From Phoronis australis (Eukaryota > Animalia > Phoronida): 64,000 bases of DNA. Both the position numbers and the translations under genes were made by a program. Location of the stretch: contig NMRA01000009.1 of assembly GCA_002633005.1 (NCBI GenBank), positions 1,225,169-1,289,168 on the forward strand, in the 5' to 3' direction. Of this stretch, positions 63,601 to 64,000 are shown piece after piece (positions within the stretch are counted from its first letter, which is position 1; every line of letters starts with the position of its first letter). The notes below the pieces were generated by a model. It had not been told where the DNA came from. It saw only the letters and a list, made by a program, of their open reading frames with translations, and made no database searches.

Positions 63601-64000
63601 GTACACCTTGGTGCACAACATAAACCAAATATAATACATTCAAATTAAACTGATTTTCTTGCAATGAGGTATAGGTCACCAAATATGACCAGAGACTGGT
63701 AGAGATGACAGGCACAAAAATTATCCCAAGAATGCATTTTTATATACAGGTACATCTTCTTGAGGTGTCAGAAATATCAAAACACCACACTCTCTTGCTC
63801 AACGAGTGACATATCACTAGTTCTATCAAACAAGGTGAGCTTCAGACCAATGTGACTACCTGTTTGACTCGGTCCATATATCAGGTCTAAACAGAGAACT
63901 CCTCATTTCTTCAAGCCAATCAAGACTTTCTCTTTCTCCCACATGTACTTCTAGTTTCTTTTCAACAACAGTTTCAAGTCCAAAATCAAAGCACAGTGAC
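24539..64000 (-). CDS. HELZ2: HELZ2-like helicase/RNB exoribonuclease gene, 18 exons in window, 5' end beyond window
   Basis: Exons join in consistent phase (7024 coding nt in window). Helicase 1: GPYGTGKT, IDEAAQ, LAGDHKQ, ENYRS, QGKEF, NTAFTRAK. RNB: TVDPEGSQDLDDALS, YTHFTSPIRRYIDIVVHR. Helicase 2: QGPPGTGKT, IIDECGQ, LIGDHQQL, QYRMH, SQGGEWDYVILSTVRS, NVAITRAK. This domain order is that of HELZ2. Strict orthology not tested. Confidence 0.9.
24721..24839. repeat. ~120-bp palindromic MITE-like element in the last HELZ2-like intron
   Basis: CAAGATATTAGTATAGTTTAGTAGCATGCCCTTCGTTTACGCAA ... TTGCGTAAACGAAGGGCTGCTACTGAACTATACTGACATCTTG. Confidence 0.8.
24885..26480 (+). mobile_element. Degenerate HINE-like element(s) with internal satellite array
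   Basis: Repeated AAATGGCCACTAGGAGG..GAATCT..CCGAAAATCAAATGGTG cores; terminal ATGCG..CACA..TGTGG..GCGTAAAAA hairpin at ~26443-26478. Related cores at 40700-41380 and 61600-62000. Confidence 0.55.
27247..27414 (-). CDS. HELZ2: HELZ2-like exon 17 (not in ORF track)
   Basis: GEWDYVILSTVRSLPEDQLLPWPTAGWKKKNMGFITDYHQVNVAITRAKLGLVII; TTGTAG acceptor, GTAAGT donor. Confidence 0.93.
27962..28130. repeat. 71-bp tandem repeat, ~2.4 copies
   Basis: ATTGTCACCCACCTTTACAGCTCAAAA at 27962, 28033 and 28104. Confidence 0.9.
29876..30029 (-). CDS. HELZ2: HELZ2-like exon 16
   Basis: IVILTQYRAQ...VDVTTVISSQ(G). Confidence 0.92.
30529..30750 (-). CDS. HELZ2: HELZ2-like exon 15
   Basis: HNAIQEFPSNEFYNGKL...SKSNAEEV; phase 0-0. 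Confidence 0.92.
31890..32926. mobile_element. Non-autonomous hAT element with 8-bp TSD
   Basis: GTTAGAAC at 31882-31889 and 32927-32934; ends CAGGCCTTCATGCAG / CTAGATGAAGCCCTG; subterminal GGACGCCC repeats at both ends. Confidence 0.88.
32950..33180 (-). CDS. HELZ2: HELZ2-like exon 14, helicase 2 Walker B
   Basis: LIIDECGQCTEP...VVLIGDHQQLRP...SLFERY...LTTQYRM|GTAAG. Confidence 0.94.
34479..34685. mobile_element. Multi-palindrome MITE-like element
   Basis: 16-bp TIR AGCCTCTAAAGCGAGG / CCTCGCTTTAGAGGCT enclosing four CCC-TATATTAATATA-GGG palindromes. Confidence 0.8.
34755..34972 (-). CDS. HELZ2: HELZ2-like exon 13
   Basis: YKKVVYEAK...DIILCTCTCSA; TTTGTAG acceptor, CAG|GTAATA donor. Confidence 0.88.
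36156..36350 (-). CDS. HELZ2: HELZ2-like exon 12
   Basis: IVRVYG...DYPLP...LHHIIR; TTTTGCAG acceptor, phase 1-1. Confidence 0.88.
38043..38162 (-). CDS. HELZ2: HELZ2-like exon 11
   Basis: GTGKTVTG...VLYSGPSNKSVDVV; TTGTAG acceptor, GTAAGT donor. Confidence 0.93.
40034..40159 (-). CDS. HELZ2: HELZ2-like exon 10, helicase 2 start
   Basis: LPQPNGGQRDAVVQALQSAFSLIQGPPG; the Walker A motif is split by the following intron. Confidence 0.92.
40285..40600 (-). mobile_element. Penelope-like retroelement 3' fragment
   Basis: Minus-strand RKCEAKLIARFNSHARGINRDIG resembles the PLE GIY-YIG C-terminus (R..E..LI..L.T..P.GLN.D), followed by a hammerhead-like remnant and T-rich tail. Confidence 0.55.
40603..40687 (-). 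mobile_element. Solo left end of the CCGTATT-TIR transposon family
   Basis: Reverse complement matches 1448-1535; ends GAATACGG|TA. Confidence 0.8.
41390..43566 (-). mobile_element. CCGTATT-TIR HIRAN transposon copy 2 (both ends, nested insertions)
   Basis: TA|CCGTATTCGCCCTAATAAGCACCC ... TTATTAGAGCCAATACGG|TA; inverted relative to copy 1; unrelated sequence at ~41930-42870 and 43332-43483. Confidence 0.82.
41505..41815 (-). pseudogene. HIRAN-domain pseudogene, clearest copy
   Basis: SSIRGFHVYKEISIPVEG..YNPVNKYAMFVLKRLTIVGHFPRKSS, then frameshifted LKHCGSLKCTVMAEYRHSGEARGLGIPRTMIFSGLLDIIDKLKTLL. Confidence 0.78.
43820..44316 (-). mobile_element. Partial copy (left portion) of the CCGTATT-TIR family
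   Basis: Reverse complement of 1448-1930; ends CCAGGGCGCTTATTAGGGCGA about 20 nt from the exon 9 donor. Confidence 0.8.
44338..44432 (-). CDS. HELZ2: HELZ2-like exon 9 (95 nt; not in ORF track)
   Basis: TATTCCAG|RMLKAMMMFENNNVSQLANAIAYGRRPEKLK|GTAAAT; phase 2-1 fits both neighbours. Confidence 0.82.
44665..45890 (+). mobile_element. Helentron-associated (HINE/DINE-1-like) element with internal tandem array
   Basis: Sub-terminal ATGCGCCCACA (44688); recurrent GCCACTAGG(T/G)GGC cores; (GGAC)n-like microsatellite; terminal hairpin ATGCGTCCACATAT-AA-ATATGTGGGCGCAT followed by an A-run. Confidence 0.75.
45990..46700 (+). mobile_element. Second truncated copy of the same HINE-like family
   Basis: AACAAGAGC...GAAATGCCCCCACAAATGCA start and the same GCCACTAG cores as 44665-45890. 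Confidence 0.7.
48038..48424 (-). CDS. HELZ2: HELZ2-like exon 8
   Basis: TTGCAG acceptor, AG|GTTGGT donor; GDYLCF, WVGHA, CTVEW..K.LPDR motifs typical of HELZ2 before helicase 2. Confidence 0.85.
48804..50740 (-). mobile_element. THAP-bearing TIR element (ISL2EU-like, AT flanks) with nested HIRAN element, copy A
   Basis: AT|AGCGAAGTTGCAAC ... GTTGCAACTCCGCT|AT; HIRAN-family sequence at ~48960-50200; THAP remnant at 50300-50670. Confidence 0.75.
50300..50670 (-). pseudogene. THAP zinc-finger coding remnant
   Basis: MSASVGANRPQGGYTCCVPGCYNT / DKEFSYYLFPKDQELR*TWIRHIGR / HKVCS: the C-x4-C...FP...W...VCS THAP signature, with a stop and frameshifts. Confidence 0.75.
51808..53239 (-). mobile_element. 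THAP/HIRAN composite element, copy B (internally deleted)
   Basis: AT|AGCGGAGTAATGCAAC ... GTTGCAACTCCACT|AT; HIRAN remnant at 52105-52425 (IRGFHMYKEMWIPVEG..YNPADKYAAS); THAP remnant at 52990-53160. Confidence 0.75.
53869..57016 (-). CDS. HELZ2: HELZ2-like exon 7 (3148 nt): end of helicase 1, cold-shock-like region and whole RNB domain
   Basis: 1062-aa ORF; NTAFTRAK, AFDGDEVQV, DPEGSQDLDDALS, GVHIADVSHF, IEEFMIAAN, YTHFTSPIRRY; donor CG|GTAAGT. Confidence 0.96.
57575..57650 (-). CDS. HELZ2: HELZ2-like exon 6 (76 nt; not in ORF track)
   Basis: CTTTCAG|VNVIRHLLRRKKLSGVTVESIYNVQ(G)|GTATGT; supplies helicase motif V and bridges phase 0 to phase 1. Confidence 0.9.
59050..59260 (+). mobile_element. 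Possible degenerate Penelope-like GIY-YIG fragment
   Basis: NHAVDWENDSILNR...IKEAV resembles the H.IDW...IL...R.IKEAI motif of PLE endonucleases. Confidence 0.4.
59490..60130. repeat. ~48-bp minisatellite, about a dozen degenerate copies
   Basis: AATGAGATATGCAATAAAGAATGTGTATCAGGCAAAACTGTTGTCTG(C/T) units. Confidence 0.9.
60187..60967 (-). CDS. HELZ2: HELZ2-like exon 5, helicase 1 Walker B and motif III
   Basis: HFTHIFIDEAAQ, LAGDHKQMAP, LKENYRSHP; canonical splice sites. Confidence 0.93.
61083..61280 (-). CDS. HELZ2: HELZ2-like exon 4, helicase 1 Q-motif/Walker A
   Basis: LNESQ...YGPYGTGKT...RILICTHTNS; TTTTCCCCAG acceptor, AG|GTATGT donor. Confidence 0.92.
62276..62731 (-). CDS. HELZ2: HELZ2-like exon 3
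   Basis: Acceptor TTGTTCTAG, donor TT|GTGAGT; encodes EIQFQMNRIPFCEMHHAVD (HELZ-family motif). Confidence 0.9.
62974..63171 (-). CDS. HELZ2: HELZ2-like exon 2 (probable GC donor)
   Basis: Acceptor TTTTTTCAG; encodes NYKDRMHQLINVEE; donor AG|GCAAGC; 198 nt, phase 2-2. Confidence 0.8.
63860..64000 (-). CDS. HELZ2: HELZ2-like exon 1 in window (partial; not in ORF track)
   Basis: Translates SLCFDFGLETVVEKKLEVHVGERESLDWLEEMRSSLFRPDIWTESNR, resembling the HELZ-family 'VFDFG.EP' segment; donor AG|GTAGTC, phase 2. Confidence 0.85.

Overview
AT-rich, intron- and repeat-rich eukaryotic DNA, most likely from an invertebrate metazoan (inferred from the gene families and transposon types), with an assembly gap at 6794-7629. 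Two convergent genes are supported. (1) On the minus strand is a HELZ2-like gene (UPF1-like SF1 helicase - RNB exoribonuclease - SF1 helicase). I reconstructed 18 phase-consistent exons (24539-64000, about 2340 codons; the 5' end lies beyond the window), including five exons missing from the ORF track and a probable GC-AG intron. (2) On the plus strand is a large terminal exon (13417-14468) of a GAREM-like adaptor with a C-terminal SAM domain. The rest is dense with nested DNA transposons. These include a TA-flanked CCGTATT-TIR family carrying a decayed HIRAN-domain gene (6 full or partial copies) and two THAP-bearing ISL2EU-like elements that each contain the HIRAN element. Also present are a Transib-like fold-back with a 5-bp TSD, CAGG-ended elements with 6-, 7- and 8-bp TSDs, an Academ-like remnant, Helentron/HINE-like elements with internal satellite arrays, Penelope-like fragments and minisatellites. 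All family assignments come from motif recognition by eye; no database searches were run.
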